NCBI GenBank assembly: GCA_030682415.1
Contig: JAUXOE010000046.1
Coordinates: 1 to 56,208 of the forward strand
Origin: Parvibaculum sp.
GTDB taxonomy: Bacteria > Pseudomonadota > Alphaproteobacteria > Parvibaculales > Parvibaculaceae
Reading direction: 5' to 3'
Length of the DNA: 56,208 bases
Shown here: piece after piece, positions 12,220 through 23,012 of the stretch
How the letters are laid out: every line of letters begins with the position of its first letter
How positions within the stretch are numbered: position 1 is the stretch's first letter
Notes under the pieces: model-generated
What the model was told of the DNA's origin: nothing
The model's input: the letters and a program-made list of their open reading frames with translations, nothing else
Database searches by the model: none
Translations under genes and position numbers: made by a program

Positions 12220-12485
12220 CTGTTTAGGCTCTATCTTCCCCGAGCGGAGCCATTCCGAACCGCAATCTTCTCGTCAAAGGGTACTGCGAATGGCTATCGG
12301 CACTTCAAAACGACACACCGGCCCCCGAGCCGGTCCGACAACATCCACCCAATGCGTCTGATCGATCAGAATAGAACAAAACTCTTGACAAACTGCAACC
12401 ACGGAATGCGCCAAACGCCTTTTCCGGCCTCGGATTTCGGCTTTCAAGCCCGGGCCGGGAGCGCCCCGGGGGTCGCCCGCTTGCC

Positions 12486-14756
12486 TCAGATGGTCACGCC
12501 ATGCGCCTCGGCAAAGCCGGCGAGCCGCTCGCGGACGCTCCGGTCGGGCAGATCGAAAAGCCCGTCCATAAAGGCCTCGAGCTGGCCGGTATCGAGCGAG
12601 CGAACCATCATCTTGACCGGGCCGACGGCGGCCGGCGACATCGAAATGCGGCGGAAACCAAGGCCCAGAAGGGCCATGGCCTCAAGCGGCTTGCCGGACA
12701 TTTCGCCGCACAGCGTCAGCGGCGTCCCATGCTGGCGGCATTTGACGACAATGTGCCGGAGGAAGCTCAGCACGGCCGGGCTCAGAAAATCGTAGCGGCT
12801 GGAGACGCGGGAATTGCCCCGGTCGGAGGCAAAGAGGAACTGCAGCAGATCGTTGGAGCCGACCGAGACGAAATCGACCAGCGGCAGCAGCGAGTCGAGC
12901 TGCCAGGCCAGCGACGGCACTTCAAGCATGGTGCCGATTTCGAGCACCGCCGGCCTTTCCTTGCCGAATTTGTCGAGCCGGGCCAGCTCCTTGTCGACAA
13001 GCGCCCGGGCGCGCTGGAACTCGCCGACCTCGGCGATCATCGGGAACATGATCCGCAGCGAGCGCCCGGCCGCCGCCGTCAACAGCGCCCGGACCTGATG
13101 GCGCAACAGGCCCGGCCGGTCGAGGCTGATGCGGATGGCGCGCCAGCCCAGCGCCGGGTTCTCTTCCTTCAGCGCCGCGAAATTCATGTAAGGCAGCATC
13201 TTGTCGCCGCCAATGTCGAGCGTGCGGAAGACGACCGGACTGTCGCCGGCCGCATCGAGTACGGCGCTGTAAAGCTCGATCTGGTCGCGCAGGGAGGGCA
13301 GCGTCGAGGCGATCATGAACTGCAGCTCGGTGCGAAAGAGACCGATGCCCTCCGCGCCGGATTCATCGAGATGCGGCAGATCGACCTGCAGGCCGGCATT
13401 GACGTAGAGCGCGACATGCGCGCCGTCGCGCGTGATCGCCGGCTCGTTGCGGATGGCCTTGTATTGTTCCTGCTTGCGGGCGCGGAAGCGGGCCTTCTCG
13501 GAGTAGGAGGCGATGATTTCCTGCGACGGACGCAGATAGACCTCGCCGGTGTCGCCATCGACGATGATTGCGTCGCCCGGCTCGATATGATCGAGGATGT
13601 CGGCGGCGCGGCCGACGGTGGCGATGCCGAAGGCGCGCGCGACGATCGAGACATGGGCATTGGCCGCGCCCTCTTCGAGCACGAGGCCCCGAAGCCGCGT
13701 CTTGTCATAGTCGAGCAGCTCGGCCGGACCCATGTTGCGGGCGATGATGATGGCATCGTTGGGCAGATTGGCCGACAGCGAGGCCAGCGTCACGCCGGTG
13801 AGCTGGCGCAGCAGCCGGTTGGCCAGATCGTCGAAATCATGCAGGCGGTCGCGGATGTAAGGGTCGGCGGCGCGCTGCAGCCGCGCCCGCGTATCGTTCT
13901 GCACGCGCTCGACCGCCGCCTCGGCCGTCAGGCCGGTGCGCACCGCCTCGAGCATCCGCGTCAGCCAGCCGCGATCATTGGCGAACATGCGATAGGCCTG
14001 CAGCACCTCGCGATGCTCGCCCGCATGGCTGAGATCGGCGGTTTCGAGCATGTCGTCGATCGAACCGCGCAGCGCATAGACGGCCTGTTCGAGCCGCCTC
14101 AATTCGAGTTCGGTGTCCTCGGCGATCAGCTTCGTCACATGGACGCGCGGCTCGTGCAGCACCGCATGGCCGAGCGCGATGCCTTCGCAAAAGGCGGTCG
14201 CCTGGATGTGGTAGGGCACCTGGCGCGCCTGTTCCGGCGTCTCGAAGGCCTGCGGGTCGACCATTTCGCCGGCCGCCACAACCTCGGCCAGCACCATCGC
14301 CACCGTTTGCAGCGCCTCGACTTCCTCTTCGGTGTAGTGACGCTTGGTGCGGTTCTGCACCGCCAGCACGCCGACCACCTTGCCGCTTCGGAGGATCGGC
14401 ACGCCCATCAGCGATTTGTAGATTTCTTCGCCCGTTTCCGGCCGGTAGGCGAAACCCGGATGCGATTGCGCATCGGCCAGATTGAGCGGCCGCGCATGCT
14501 GGGCGATGTCGCCGATCAGGCCTTCGCCGGATTTCAGCCGCGTGTTGTGAACGGCAGTCGGCTTCAGACCTTCGGTCGCCGACAATTCGAGTTCGCGCGT
14601 CTTGTTGACCAGATAGACCGAGCACACCTCGGCGACCATGTTGGAGGCGATCAGCACGACGATCTTGTCCAACCGCTTTTGCGCGCTTTCCGGCTCGGCC
14701 ATGACTTCGCGCAGCCGGCGGAGCAGGATGCGCGGACCGCCGACGGAACCCGGCAT
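12486..14756 (-). CDS. ptsP: PTS(Ntr) enzyme I with GAF domain
   Basis: N-terminal GAF ([15 protein letters not shown]), AHVSIVARA phospho-His, [28 protein letters not shown]; start reset to MPGSVGG. Confidence 0.97.
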   Translation of the reverse strand: MPGSVGGPRILLRRLREVMAEPESAQKRLDKIVVLIASNMVAEVCSVYLVNKTRELELSATEGLKPTAVHNTRLKSGEGLIGDIAQHARPLNLADAQSHPGFAYRPETGEEIYKSLMGVPILRSGKVVGVLAVQNRTKRHYTEEEVEALQTVAMVLAEVVAAGEMVDPQAFETPEQARQVPYHIQATAFCEGIALGHAVLHEPRVHVTKLIAEDTELELRRLEQAVYALRGSIDDMLETADLSHAGEHREVLQAYRMFANDRGWLTRMLEAVRTGLTAEAAVERVQNDTRARLQRAADPYIRDRLHDFDDLANRLLRQLTGVTLASLSANLPNDAIIIARNMGPAELLDYDKTRLRGLVLEEGAANAHVSIVARAFGIATVGRAADILDHIEPGDAIIVDGDTGEVYLRPSQEIIASYSEKARFRARKQEQYKAIRNEPAITRDGAHVALYVNAGLQVDLPHLDESGAEGIGLFRTELQFMIASTLPSLRDQIELYSAVLDAAGDSPVVFRTLDIGGDKMLPYMNFAALKEENPALGWRAIRISLDRPGLLRHQVRALLTAAAGRSLRIMFPMIAEVGEFQRARALVDKELARLDKFGKERPAVLEIGTMLEVPSLAWQLDSLLPLVDFVSVGSNDLLQFLFASDRGNSRVSSRYDFLSPAVLSFLRHIVVKCRQHGTPLTLCGEMSGKPLEAMALLGLGFRRISMSPAAVGPVKMMVRSLDTGQLEAFMDGLFDLPDRSVRERLAGFAEAHGVTI

Positions 14757-14817
14757 CAGTCCGGATCCCGTTCGCTGCGGATGTGAGCGCGCAAAAGCGT
14801 CAACTTTCTGGCCTCCG

Positions 14818-16074
14818 TTAGCCGGCGTCGAGATCATAGGCCGTGTGCAGGGCGCGCACGGCAAGCTCGGTATATTCCGACGAGATCAGCACACTGACCT
14901 TGATCTCCGAAGTGGTGATCGCAAGGATGTTGATGCCTTTTTCGGCCAGCGTCTGGAACATCGTCTTGGCGACGCCGGCATGGCTGCGCATGCCGATGCC
15001 GATGATCGACACCTTGACGACATTGAGGTCGGTCTTGACTTCCTTGCAGCCGATGCCGGCCTGCAGCTTGCGGATCACATCCTCGGCGCGCGTCAGCTCG
15101 GCCTGCGGCACCGTGAAGGTGATGTCGGTGCTGCGGCCGTCATCCGAGACGTTCTGAATGATCATGTCGACATTGATGGCGGCATCCGCCAGCGGTCCGA
15201 ACACGCGCGCGGCAACACCCGGCTTGTCCTCGACCTTGACGAGTGTGACCTTGGCTTCGTCCTTCGAATAGGCGATGCCGCTTACGACCTGCTGTTCCAA
15301 GATTTCATCCTCGTCGCAAACAAGAGTACCCGGTCCGGTGGCCTCGGGCCCATTGCCCTGCGCTGCATCGGGCGCATCGAAGCTCGAGCGAACCTGAAGG
15401 CGGACGCGATGGACCATAGCGAGTTCGACGGAGCGGGTCTGGAGAACCTTGGCGCCGAGCGACGCCATCTCCAGCATTTCCTCATAACTGATCTTATCAA
15501 GCTTTCGCGCCTTCGCAACGATGCGCGGATCGGTCGTATAGACGCCGTCGACATCGGTGTAGATGTCGCAGCGGTCGGCATGGATCGCCGCCGCAACGGC
15601 GACCGCGCTGGTGTCGGAACCGCCGCGGCCAAGCGTCGTGATTCGGTTGTCGGGCGCCAGTCCCTGAAAGCCGGCAATGACCGCGACTTCCTTGCGCGCA
15701 AGGCGTTCGATCAGCGCCGTGCCGTCGATTTCCTGAATGCGCGCCGCGCCATGGGCGTTGTCGGTGCGAATCGGAATCTGCCAGCCGAGCCAGGAACGCG
15801 CCGACACGCCGATGCGCTGCAGCTCGATCGACAGCAAGCCGACCGTCACCTGCTCGCCGGTTGCAACAATAGCGTCATATTCGCGCGCGTCATGCAGCGG
15901 CGCCATTTCGCGCGCCCAGGCAACCAGCTGGTTGGTGGTGCCCGCCATCGCCGAGACGACGACGGCAACCTCGTGGCCGGCATCGATCTCGCGCTTGACG
16001 TGTTGCGCCACGTTGCGAATGCGTTCGATATCGCCAACGGACGTGCCGCCGAATTTCATGACCAGTCTGGCCAT
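14818..16074 (-). CDS. lysC: Aspartate kinase
   Basis: [27 protein letters not shown], two ACT domains; start reset to MARLV. Confidence 0.98.
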   Translation of the reverse strand: MARLVMKFGGTSVGDIERIRNVAQHVKREIDAGHEVAVVVSAMAGTTNQLVAWAREMAPLHDAREYDAIVATGEQVTVGLLSIELQRIGVSARSWLGWQIPIRTDNAHGAARIQEIDGTALIERLARKEVAVIAGFQGLAPDNRITTLGRGGSDTSAVAVAAAIHADRCDIYTDVDGVYTTDPRIVAKARKLDKISYEEMLEMASLGAKVLQTRSVELAMVHRVRLQVRSSFDAPDAAQGNGPEATGPGTLVCDEDEILEQQVVSGIAYSKDEAKVTLVKVEDKPGVAARVFGPLADAAINVDMIIQNVSDDGRSTDITFTVPQAELTRAEDVIRKLQAGIGCKEVKTDLNVVKVSIIGIGMRSHAGVAKTMFQTLAEKGINILAITTSEIKVSVLISSEYTELAVRALHTAYDLDAG

Positions 16075-16296
16075 TTTCGCTTCCATAATTCCGCGCCGCC
16101 AAGCCATGCCGGCGGCTGTCACCGTTCGCCGGCCCGACGGTCCACTGGACCGATCCGGCCGGAACGCCCTATATCATATCCAGAGGGAAGGCAGACCCGT
16201 GCCCGCCGGGCGCGGCCATACATACAAGCCTCGCCCGAACCCCGCAACCGGCGGAAACGGCCGGAAATGCCACAGCGACGCAAGGGAATGAGCCAT

Positions 16297-17076
16297 ATGG
16301 CCGAGCCGGCCGCCGACAAGACCCCGAAGGATGCGGCAAGCAGCGTCGATCCGGCGGAGATTGCCCGCTTTTCGGCCATGGCCGCCGAATGGTGGGACCC
16401 GGCCGGCAAGTTCCGCCCGCTGCACAAGTTCAATCCGGTGCGCCTTTCCTATATCCGCGCGCAGGTCAGCGCCCATTTCGGCCTCGACGCCCGGGCGCGG
16501 CGCCCTTTCGAGGGATTGCGCTTTCTCGACATCGGCTGCGGCGGCGGCTTGCTCGCCGAGCCGATGGCGCGGCTGGGCGCCGAGGTGACCGCCGCCGACG
16601 CCGCGGAGAAGAACATCAAGACGGCGTCCGTCCATGCCCGCGAACAGGGCCTCGCCATCGACTATCGCTGCACCACGGCCGAAGCGCTGGCCGCGCAAGG
16701 CGAGACCTTCGACGTCATCCTCAACATGGAGGTGATCGAACATGTGGCCGACCGCGACCTGTTCCTGAAGGATTGCGGGCGGATGGTGAAGCCCGGCGGG
16801 CTGATGTTCGTCGCCACGCTCAACCGCACGCTGAAGGCGCATGCCTTCGCCATCATCGGCGCGGAATATGTACTGGGCTGGCTGCCGCGCGGCACCCATG
16901 ACTGGAAGAAATTCGTGACCGTCAATGAAATGGAAGCGGGCCTCGCCGCCGCCGGGCTCGACGTCAGGGAAATTGCCGGCGTCAGCTACAACCCGCTCTT
17001 CGACAGCTGGTCGCTGTCGGAAGACACCGATGTCAACTACATGGTGCTGGCAGCGCGGGCACAGAACAAGACGTGA
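16297..17076 (+). CDS. ubiG: Ubiquinone biosynthesis O-methyltransferase
   Basis: [40 protein letters not shown]; the true gene is the 3' part of the 812-aa ORF. Start 16297 (alternative 16288). Confidence 0.96.
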   Translation: MAEPAADKTPKDAASSVDPAEIARFSAMAAEWWDPAGKFRPLHKFNPVRLSYIRAQVSAHFGLDARARRPFEGLRFLDIGCGGGLLAEPMARLGAEVTAADAAEKNIKTASVHAREQGLAIDYRCTTAEALAAQGETFDVILNMEVIEHVADRDLFLKDCGRMVKPGGLMFVATLNRTLKAHAFAIIGAEYVLGWLPRGTHDWKKFVTVNEMEAGLAAAGLDVREIAGVSYNPLFDSWSLSEDTDVNYMVLAARAQNKT

Positions 17077-17096
17077 AGCAGGGCGAGGGGGCAAAT

Positions 17097-17459
17097 ATGA
17101 CATATCGAACGGGGCGATTCGCGGCCGCGCTTGCGGGACTGGCGCTGCTCGCGCTGACAGGTTGCGACCGGAACGAGGAAACGCCTGCGCCCGTGGCCCT
17201 CAACACCCATGAAGCAACGCTCTACGCGCATAGCTGCAGCACCTGCCACGAAGACCCGGCGACCGGCGCGCCGCAGACGCACGATATCGAGGCATGGACG
17301 CCCCGCATCGCCAAGGGCGACGCGCAATTGCTTGCCCACATCATCGATGGCTTCAACGGCATGCCGCCGCTCGGCCAGTGCATCGAATGCACGGCCGAGG
17401 AATTCATCCGGCTGACACATTTCATGGCCGCACCCGCCGGCGGGGAGACGACCGAATGA
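17097..17459 (+). CDS. Cytochrome c5-family lipoprotein
   Basis: Lipobox LTGC, haem motif CSTCH, GMPP axial Met and c5-type CIEC disulfide motif. Confidence 0.9.
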   Translation: MTYRTGRFAAALAGLALLALTGCDRNEETPAPVALNTHEATLYAHSCSTCHEDPATGAPQTHDIEAWTPRIAKGDAQLLAHIIDGFNGMPPLGQCIECTAEEFIRLTHFMAAPAGGETTE

Positions 17460-18847
17460 AAATCTCGCGCCGCAATATGCTCCAGTTCGCGGCCAGCGCT
17501 TCGGCACTGGCCGTGACCGGTCAGATCCCGCCCCTGCTGACCCGTGCCTTCGCGGAAGAGCCGCGCCGTGTCATTCCGTGGAAGAACTGGTCCGGCGGGC
17601 AGAGCTGCACGCCCGCCATTCGCATCGCGCCCGCAAGCGAGACGGAGCTTGCCGACATCGTTCAAAAAAGCGCGACGCCGATCCGCGCGGTCGGCGCCGG
17701 ACATTCCTTTTCGCCGCTCGTGCCGACAGAAGGAACGCTCGTTTCCCTCGATCGCCTGAGCGGCTTCGTCTCTCACGACGCGGCGGCGCATCGTGCAACC
17801 TTCAAGGCCGGTACCCGGCTCGGCGCCATGGCCTCGGCGCTTGCCGAACGCGACCTTGCGCTCGACAACATGCCGGACATCAACAAGCAGACGATTGCCG
17901 GCGCGGTCGCAACGGCGACACATGGCACGGGCATCGAGCTCGGCTCGCTCTCGACCTTCGTGACCGGCCTGAAACTGATGACGGCGTCGGGCGAACTTGT
18001 CACGGGCGACGAGACGACAAGTTCCGTCCTCTTCAACGCCGCGCGGGTTTCACTCGGCGCCCTGGGCATCGTGACGGAAACGACGATGCAGGCCCGACCG
18101 CTCTACAAGCTGAAGCGCCGCACCTGGATTGCGCCCGTGGAGGAAATGCTGGAACAGGCGCCCGAGCTCTGGGCAAAGCATCGCAATTTCGAGTTCTATT
18201 ACGTGCCCTATTCCGGCATGGCGATCGGCATCACGAATGACGAGACGGACGAAGCCGAAACGCCGGAGCCCGTGAACGAGGACGATGACGGGCTGATGCA
18301 GCTGAAGCAGCTGCAGGACTGGCTGGGGTGGTCGCCCGCGGCGCGGCGCTGGGTCATCCAGACGATCATGGGCGGCATGGAACCCGAGGAGCGCGTCGAC
18401 TATTCGCACAAGACGTTGTCGGCCGAGCGCAATGTGCGTTTCAACGAGATGGAATATCACCTGCCCCGCGAGGCGGGTCCGCAGGCGCTGCGCGAAATCA
18501 TTGCGGCGATCGAAGACAACAATATCGAGGTCTTCTTTCCGATCGAGTTCCGGACCACCGCGCCGGACGATATCTGGCTGAGCCCGTTCTACCGGCGCGA
18601 CAGCTGTTCGATCGCCGTGCATCGCTTTCATGAAGCGGATTACGAACCCTATTTCAGCGCCATCGAGCCGATCTTCCGCCGGCATGACGGCCGCCCGCAT
18701 TGGGGCAAGCTCAACACCCTGACCGCGAAGGACTTCGCATCGCTCTATCCGAAGTGGCAGGATTTTCTTGAGTTGCGCGAGGACATCGACCCGGAAGGAA
18801 AATTTCTCAATCCCTATTTGAGGACGGTGTTCGGGATCGACGCTTAG
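17456..18847 (+). CDS. Tat-exported FAD-linked oxidoreductase, aldonolactone oxidase (ALO/GULO) family
   Basis: SRRNML twin-arginine signal, WKNWSG, VGAGHSFS, ATHGTG, EMEY, GRPHWGK; ATGA overlap with the cytochrome gene. Confidence 0.92.
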   Translation: MKISRRNMLQFAASASALAVTGQIPPLLTRAFAEEPRRVIPWKNWSGGQSCTPAIRIAPASETELADIVQKSATPIRAVGAGHSFSPLVPTEGTLVSLDRLSGFVSHDAAAHRATFKAGTRLGAMASALAERDLALDNMPDINKQTIAGAVATATHGTGIELGSLSTFVTGLKLMTASGELVTGDETTSSVLFNAARVSLGALGIVTETTMQARPLYKLKRRTWIAPVEEMLEQAPELWAKHRNFEFYYVPYSGMAIGITNDETDEAETPEPVNEDDDGLMQLKQLQDWLGWSPAARRWVIQTIMGGMEPEERVDYSHKTLSAERNVRFNEMEYHLPREAGPQALREIIAAIEDNNIEVFFPIEFRTTAPDDIWLSPFYRRDSCSIAVHRFHEADYEPYFSAIEPIFRRHDGRPHWGKLNTLTAKDFASLYPKWQDFLELREDIDPEGKFLNPYLRTVFGIDA

Positions 18848-18856
18848 GCCCCGCGC

Positions 18857-19294
18857 TCAGTTCGCCCGACGCGGCGGTCCAACAGGCAACGGTGCCACCT
18901 CGACACCTTCTTCGATCAGCTCAAGCGCTTCGTCCGGCGTCGCCTCGCCGTAAATGTCGTGTTGCTCGGTCTCGCCGTAATGGATGCGGCGCGCTTCCTC
19001 GGCGAATTTGTCGCCGACATAGTCGCAGTTTTCCTCGACATGCTTTCTGAGCGCCAGCATCATCATGCTCATCTTCTGCGCGGCGTCGGGCACAGTGGAA
19101 ATATCGCTGCGCTTCGCGCCCTTTTTTGTACCGCGTCCGAGCCCGGGCGCCATCAGCGCCTTGCGCACCTCGGCACTGCCGCAGACCGGACAGACGACAT
19201 CGCCGGATGCCGCCTGCGCCTCGAAGCCGGCGGACGAGGGAAACCAGCCGTCGAATTCGTGCTGATGTTCGCAGAGAAGCGCATAGCGGATCAT
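18857..19294 (-). CDS. DUF1178 family protein
   Basis: MIRYALLC..HEFDGWF, CPVCGS, VGDKFAEEARRIHYGE. Confidence 0.92.
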   Translation of the reverse strand: MIRYALLCEHQHEFDGWFPSSAGFEAQAASGDVVCPVCGSAEVRKALMAPGLGRGTKKGAKRSDISTVPDAAQKMSMMMLALRKHVEENCDYVGDKFAEEARRIHYGETEQHDIYGEATPDEALELIEEGVEVAPLPVGPPRRAN

Positions 19295-20151
19295 GAGGCC
19301 TGCCTCGCCGGCTTGATCGCCGGCAATGCAAAGGCGCGATCATGACCGAGGCTTGGCACCCGACCGCGCGCCTCGGCGATGCGGGCCGTATCGATTTCGG
19401 CCAGCAGAACACAGGGCGCGTCATGCGCCGCTTCGGCGACGATTTCGCCCCAGGGCGCGACGATGAGGCTGTGGCCAAAGGTTTCGCGGCCGCATGGATG
19501 CTTGCCGCCCTGCGCCGGCGCGAAGACATAGCAGCCGGTCTCGATGGCGCGCGCCTGCAGCAGCATATGCCAATGCGCCGCCCCGGTCTGACGCGTGAAG
19601 GCGGCAGGCACGGTCAGGAAATCCGCCCCCGCTTTCGCCAGCGCCCGGTAAAGATGCGGGAAGCGCAGATCGTAGCAGATGGTCATGCCGAGACGTCCCC
19701 AGGGCAGGTCGGCCACAACCGCCTGCTTGCCGGGTTCGAAATTCCGGCTCTCGCGATAACTCTCGCCGCCGGCCAGATCGACATCGAACATATGGATCTT
19801 GTCGTACCGCGCCGCGACGACGCCGTCAGGCGCAATCAGGAACGAGCGGTTGGCAAGCTTCGTTGCCGAAAGCTTCACCGGCAGCGAACCGATCAGCAGC
19901 CAGATTTTTCGGGTGGCCGCCAGCCCGCGAAGCGCCACGAGCGTCGCGTCGTCCTTTTCGTCATGCGTATTGGCAAACAGCGCCTCGCTCTTCGTTTCGA
20001 GCAGCGAGGTCATTTCCGGCGTCATGACCAGATCGGCGCCGCCCGCCGCCGCCTCCAACACCAGCGCCGAGACTGCGTCGATATTGGCGGCAACATCGCA
20101 TCCGGCGCGCATCTGAATGCAAGCGGCCGTGAATTTTCCGGAAGCGGTCAT
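19291..20151 (-). CDS. Carbon-nitrogen hydrolase (Nit1/deaminated glutathione amidase-like)
   Basis: E-K-C triad: TPEM, YDKIHMFD, ICYDLRFP; start reset to MTASGKF. Confidence 0.93.
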   Translation of the reverse strand: MTASGKFTAACIQMRAGCDVAANIDAVSALVLEAAAGGADLVMTPEMTSLLETKSEALFANTHDEKDDATLVALRGLAATRKIWLLIGSLPVKLSATKLANRSFLIAPDGVVAARYDKIHMFDVDLAGGESYRESRNFEPGKQAVVADLPWGRLGMTICYDLRFPHLYRALAKAGADFLTVPAAFTRQTGAAHWHMLLQARAIETGCYVFAPAQGGKHPCGRETFGHSLIVAPWGEIVAEAAHDAPCVLLAEIDTARIAEARGRVPSLGHDRAFALPAIKPARQAS

Positions 20152-20155
20152 GGTC

Positions 20156-20413
20156 CTATGCAGCCAGCATGGCGTCGAGCTTGCCGGCAGCTTCGAGCGC
20201 CTGCAGATCGTCGCATCCACCGACATGGACATCGCCGATGAAAATCTGCGGCACCGTATGCCCGCCATGGGCACGCGCCATCATTTCACGGCGCTTGTCG
20301 ACATCCATGCCGACATCGATCTCGGTGAAGGCAACGCCCTTCCGCCCGAGCAATTCCTTGGCCCGGTAGCAATAGGGGCACATCATGGTCGTGTAGATCG
20401 TCACATCCGCCAT
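20156..20413 (-). CDS. grxC: Glutaredoxin 3
   Basis: CPYC, TVPQIFI, GGCDDL. Confidence 0.96.
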   Translation of the reverse strand: MADVTIYTTMMCPYCYRAKELLGRKGVAFTEIDVGMDVDKRREMMARAHGGHTVPQIFIGDVHVGGCDDLQALEAAGKLDAMLAA

Positions 20414-20468
20414 CGCGGCACTCCGAAAACGGGGCCCAAACAGGGGCAGCCCGAAAAACGACTATATA

Positions 20469-21245
20469 TCATATAGATATGCCGCCACCCGGGACAACCC
20501 GAGCGACGCAGAGCACCGAAACCTCGGCCGCCCCGCCGCGCTTCAGGGCCCGCGCACAGGCCTCCGCCGTGGCACCGGTCGTCATCACATCGTCGACCAG
20601 CACCACCTTGCGGCCCCGGACCTGCGCCACCGCGCCTTCGGCGAGCCGGAAGGCGCCAGCAACATTGCGTCGCCTGGCATCGGCGGTGAGCCCCACCTGC
20701 GGTCGCGTCGCCCGCACGCGCTGCAACAGTTCCGGCATATGCCGCAGACCGGTCAGCGCCGCCAGCCGCCGCGAAAGTTCGGCCGACTGATTGAAGCGGC
20801 GCACAAAGAGCCGCCGTCGGTGCAGCGGCACCGGCACCAACAGGTCGGCGTCGGCCAGCAACTCCGCCCCGCTGCGCGCCAGCCAGCGCGCAAAGGCGGG
20901 ACCGACCTCCATGCGGTCGCCATATTTGAACCGGTGGAGGAGCGCGGCGCTACGATCATTGTACCGCATCACGGCACGTGCCCGTGCATAGGCGGGCGGC
21001 TGCGCCAGCGCCACCGCACTGACCGTCTCCGGGCCGGTGTCGAAAGCAAACGGCAGCCCCGTCACCGCACAAAAGGGCCGTTCGATAAAATCGGCCTCGC
21101 TCCAGCACAGCGCACAAAGGGCGCCATGCGCATCGACGCCGCGCCCGCAGCCAAGGCAAAGCGGCGGCAAGGCGATGTCGGCGAACCGCACGGCGCGCCG
21201 CATCCCCGCCAACCAGCCCTCTGAAATATCCGCTGCGATCCCCAT
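20469..21245 (-). CDS. comF: ComF family protein (double zinc ribbon plus PRTase)
   Basis: CxxC pairs, VPVPLH, RRFNQS, VLVDDVMTTGAT. Confidence 0.92.
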   Translation of the reverse strand: MGIAADISEGWLAGMRRAVRFADIALPPLCLGCGRGVDAHGALCALCWSEADFIERPFCAVTGLPFAFDTGPETVSAVALAQPPAYARARAVMRYNDRSAALLHRFKYGDRMEVGPAFARWLARSGAELLADADLLVPVPLHRRRLFVRRFNQSAELSRRLAALTGLRHMPELLQRVRATRPQVGLTADARRRNVAGAFRLAEGAVAQVRGRKVVLVDDVMTTGATAEACARALKRGGAAEVSVLCVARVVPGGGISI

Positions 21246-21320
21246 GACGCCCCCGGTTTGACGTCAGCCTATCACGGCGCGGGCCTTGCGGGCGAAGGCC
21301 GTGCCCACCATGATGCCGCC

Positions 21321-22247
21321 ATGTCAGCCCCCGCCCCCATGCGCATCTTCGACCGCAAGACCCATACGAGACGCCGCGCCCGCGCCGCCGACGGATTCGC
21401 AAATCACGACTTTCTGGTGCGCCGCGCCGCCGCCGACATCGCCGAACGCATCGCCGGCATCAATCGCGACTTTGCGCTGGCGCTCGATCTTGGCAGCCAC
21501 CAAGGGGCACTGGCCGCAGCCCTGGCCGAGGCGAGGATGGAAGGAAAGCCCGGCACACTCATTTCGGCCGACCTCGCACCGGCCATGCTCGCACATGCAC
21601 CGGGCCTGCGCGTTGCTGCCGACGAGGAAGCATTGCCCTTTCGCGATGCGAGCCTCGACCTCGTGGTCAGCCTGCTTTCGCTGCATTGGGTCAACGACCT
21701 GCCGGGTGCCTTGATCCAGATCCGCCGGGCATTGACGCCGGACGGACTGTTCATGGCAGCCTTGTTCGGCGGCGACACGCTGACGGAGTTGCGCCAGTCG
21801 CTGGCCGAGGCCGAGATCGAGTGTGAAGGCGGGCTCAGCCCCCGCGTTTCGCCCTTTGCCGATATCCGCGACATGGGCAGCCTGATGCAGCGCGCCGGCT
21901 TCGCCATGCCGGTCGTCGACACAGACCGGGTGGTGGTACGCTACGCCGACCCGCTCAGGCTGATGGCGGAGCTGCGCGGCATGGGCGAAACCAATGCCCT
22001 GACAGAGCGCCGCCGCATACCGATGCGCCGGTCAACACTTGGACGCGCGGTTAAAATCTATCGTGAGAAATTCGGTTTGCCGGATGGGCGCGTGCCGGCC
22101 ACGTTCGAAATTGTGACGGCAACGGGTTGGGCACCGCATGAAAACCAGCCGAAGCCACTGCGTCCCGGCAGCGCCCGAACGCGTCTTGCCGATGCGCTGG
22201 GTGCCGAAGAGCACACGGCCGGTGAGAAGACCGATCCGGACAGCTGA
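21321..22247 (+). CDS. SAM-dependent methyltransferase (BioC/NDUFAF5-like)
   Basis: IFDR, LDLGSH, ADEEALPF, LHWVNDLPG, SPRVSPF, QPKPLRPGSA; start 21321 or 21339. Confidence 0.9.
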   Translation: MSAPAPMRIFDRKTHTRRRARAADGFANHDFLVRRAAADIAERIAGINRDFALALDLGSHQGALAAALAEARMEGKPGTLISADLAPAMLAHAPGLRVAADEEALPFRDASLDLVVSLLSLHWVNDLPGALIQIRRALTPDGLFMAALFGGDTLTELRQSLAEAEIECEGGLSPRVSPFADIRDMGSLMQRAGFAMPVVDTDRVVVRYADPLRLMAELRGMGETNALTERRRIPMRRSTLGRAVKIYREKFGLPDGRVPATFEIVTATGWAPHENQPKPLRPGSARTRLADALGAEEHTAGEKTDPDS

Positions 22248-22258
22248 AGTGGGGCGTC

Positions 22259-22438
22259 CTACTGGCTGACAGCATCGACGATCTTGCCAAACAACACCGT
22301 GTTGAGCGCTTCGCCACCAATCGCGACAGCGGCCGCGATCACAATCGACAGGCCGGCCGCGATCAAGCCATACTCAATGGCAGTCGCACCGCTTTCGTCG
22401 CCCACAAAAGGCGTGACCCGGTTTTTCAGCTTGCCCAT
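22259..22438 (-). CDS. Flp family type IVb pilin (59 aa)
   Basis: DESG|ATAIEYGLIAA prepilin motif then a hydrophobic helix; GAGG RBS before ATG 22438. Confidence 0.92.
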   Translation of the reverse strand: MGKLKNRVTPFVGDESGATAIEYGLIAAGLSIVIAAAVAIGGEALNTVLFGKIVDAVSQ

Positions 22439-22490
22439 CTTCGCCCTCGTTCTTCCGATCAATCGTGTGGAGGAAACGCGGACGCACCCC

Positions 22491-22925
22491 TCACAACAAA
22501 TCGCGCAACACCGCCACCAGCGGTTCGTCCGCGGGTGGCATCGGATAAGCCCGCAAGCCGGCGGGCCTGACCCATTCGAGCGCCTGGCCCTCGATGGGCT
22601 GGACCTGCCCCTCCCAGCGCCGGCACACATAAAGCGGCATCAGGAGGTGGAAATCCTCATAGGCATGGCTCGCAAAGCTCAGTGGCGCGAGACACGCCTT
22701 CGCAACGTCGATGCCAAGTTCCTCGTGAAGTTCCCGGATCAGCGTGTCCTCGGGCGTTTCGCCCGGCTCCACCTTGCCACCCGGAAATTCCCAAAGTCCC
22801 GCAAGCGGTTTGCCTTCGGGACGGCGGGCAATCAGCACCCGCCCATCGGCATCGACAAGCGCGCAAGCCGCGACAAGCACAAGCCGTCCGGGCTCGCTCG
22901 TCCTGCTTTCGCGCTCATCCGCCAT
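22491..22925 (-). CDS. mutT: 8-oxo-dGTP diphosphatase (Nudix)
   Basis: WEFPGGKVEPGETPEDTLIRELHEELG Nudix box; FHLLMPLY, MPPAD. Confidence 0.93.
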   Translation of the reverse strand: MADERESRTSEPGRLVLVAACALVDADGRVLIARRPEGKPLAGLWEFPGGKVEPGETPEDTLIRELHEELGIDVAKACLAPLSFASHAYEDFHLLMPLYVCRRWEGQVQPIEGQALEWVRPAGLRAYPMPPADEPLVAVLRDLL

Positions 22926-23012
22926 GCTGGGCCTGTTGGGTTAATGTTTCGTAGTCCGACGGGGGCCGGAACAGCCGATAGCTCGAATTCTAGTTAAAAT
23001 CGCGTAAGGCGC

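Noticed and set aside
14638-16296. Apparent long N-terminal fusion on UbiG (812-aa ORF)
   Set aside because: This part is the antisense shadow of lysC; UbiG has its own RBS and start near 16297.
22938-23010. TTAA half-sites upstream of mutT and the Flp pilin as CtrA boxes
   Set aside because: Second halves and spacing do not fit TTAA-N7-TTAA.
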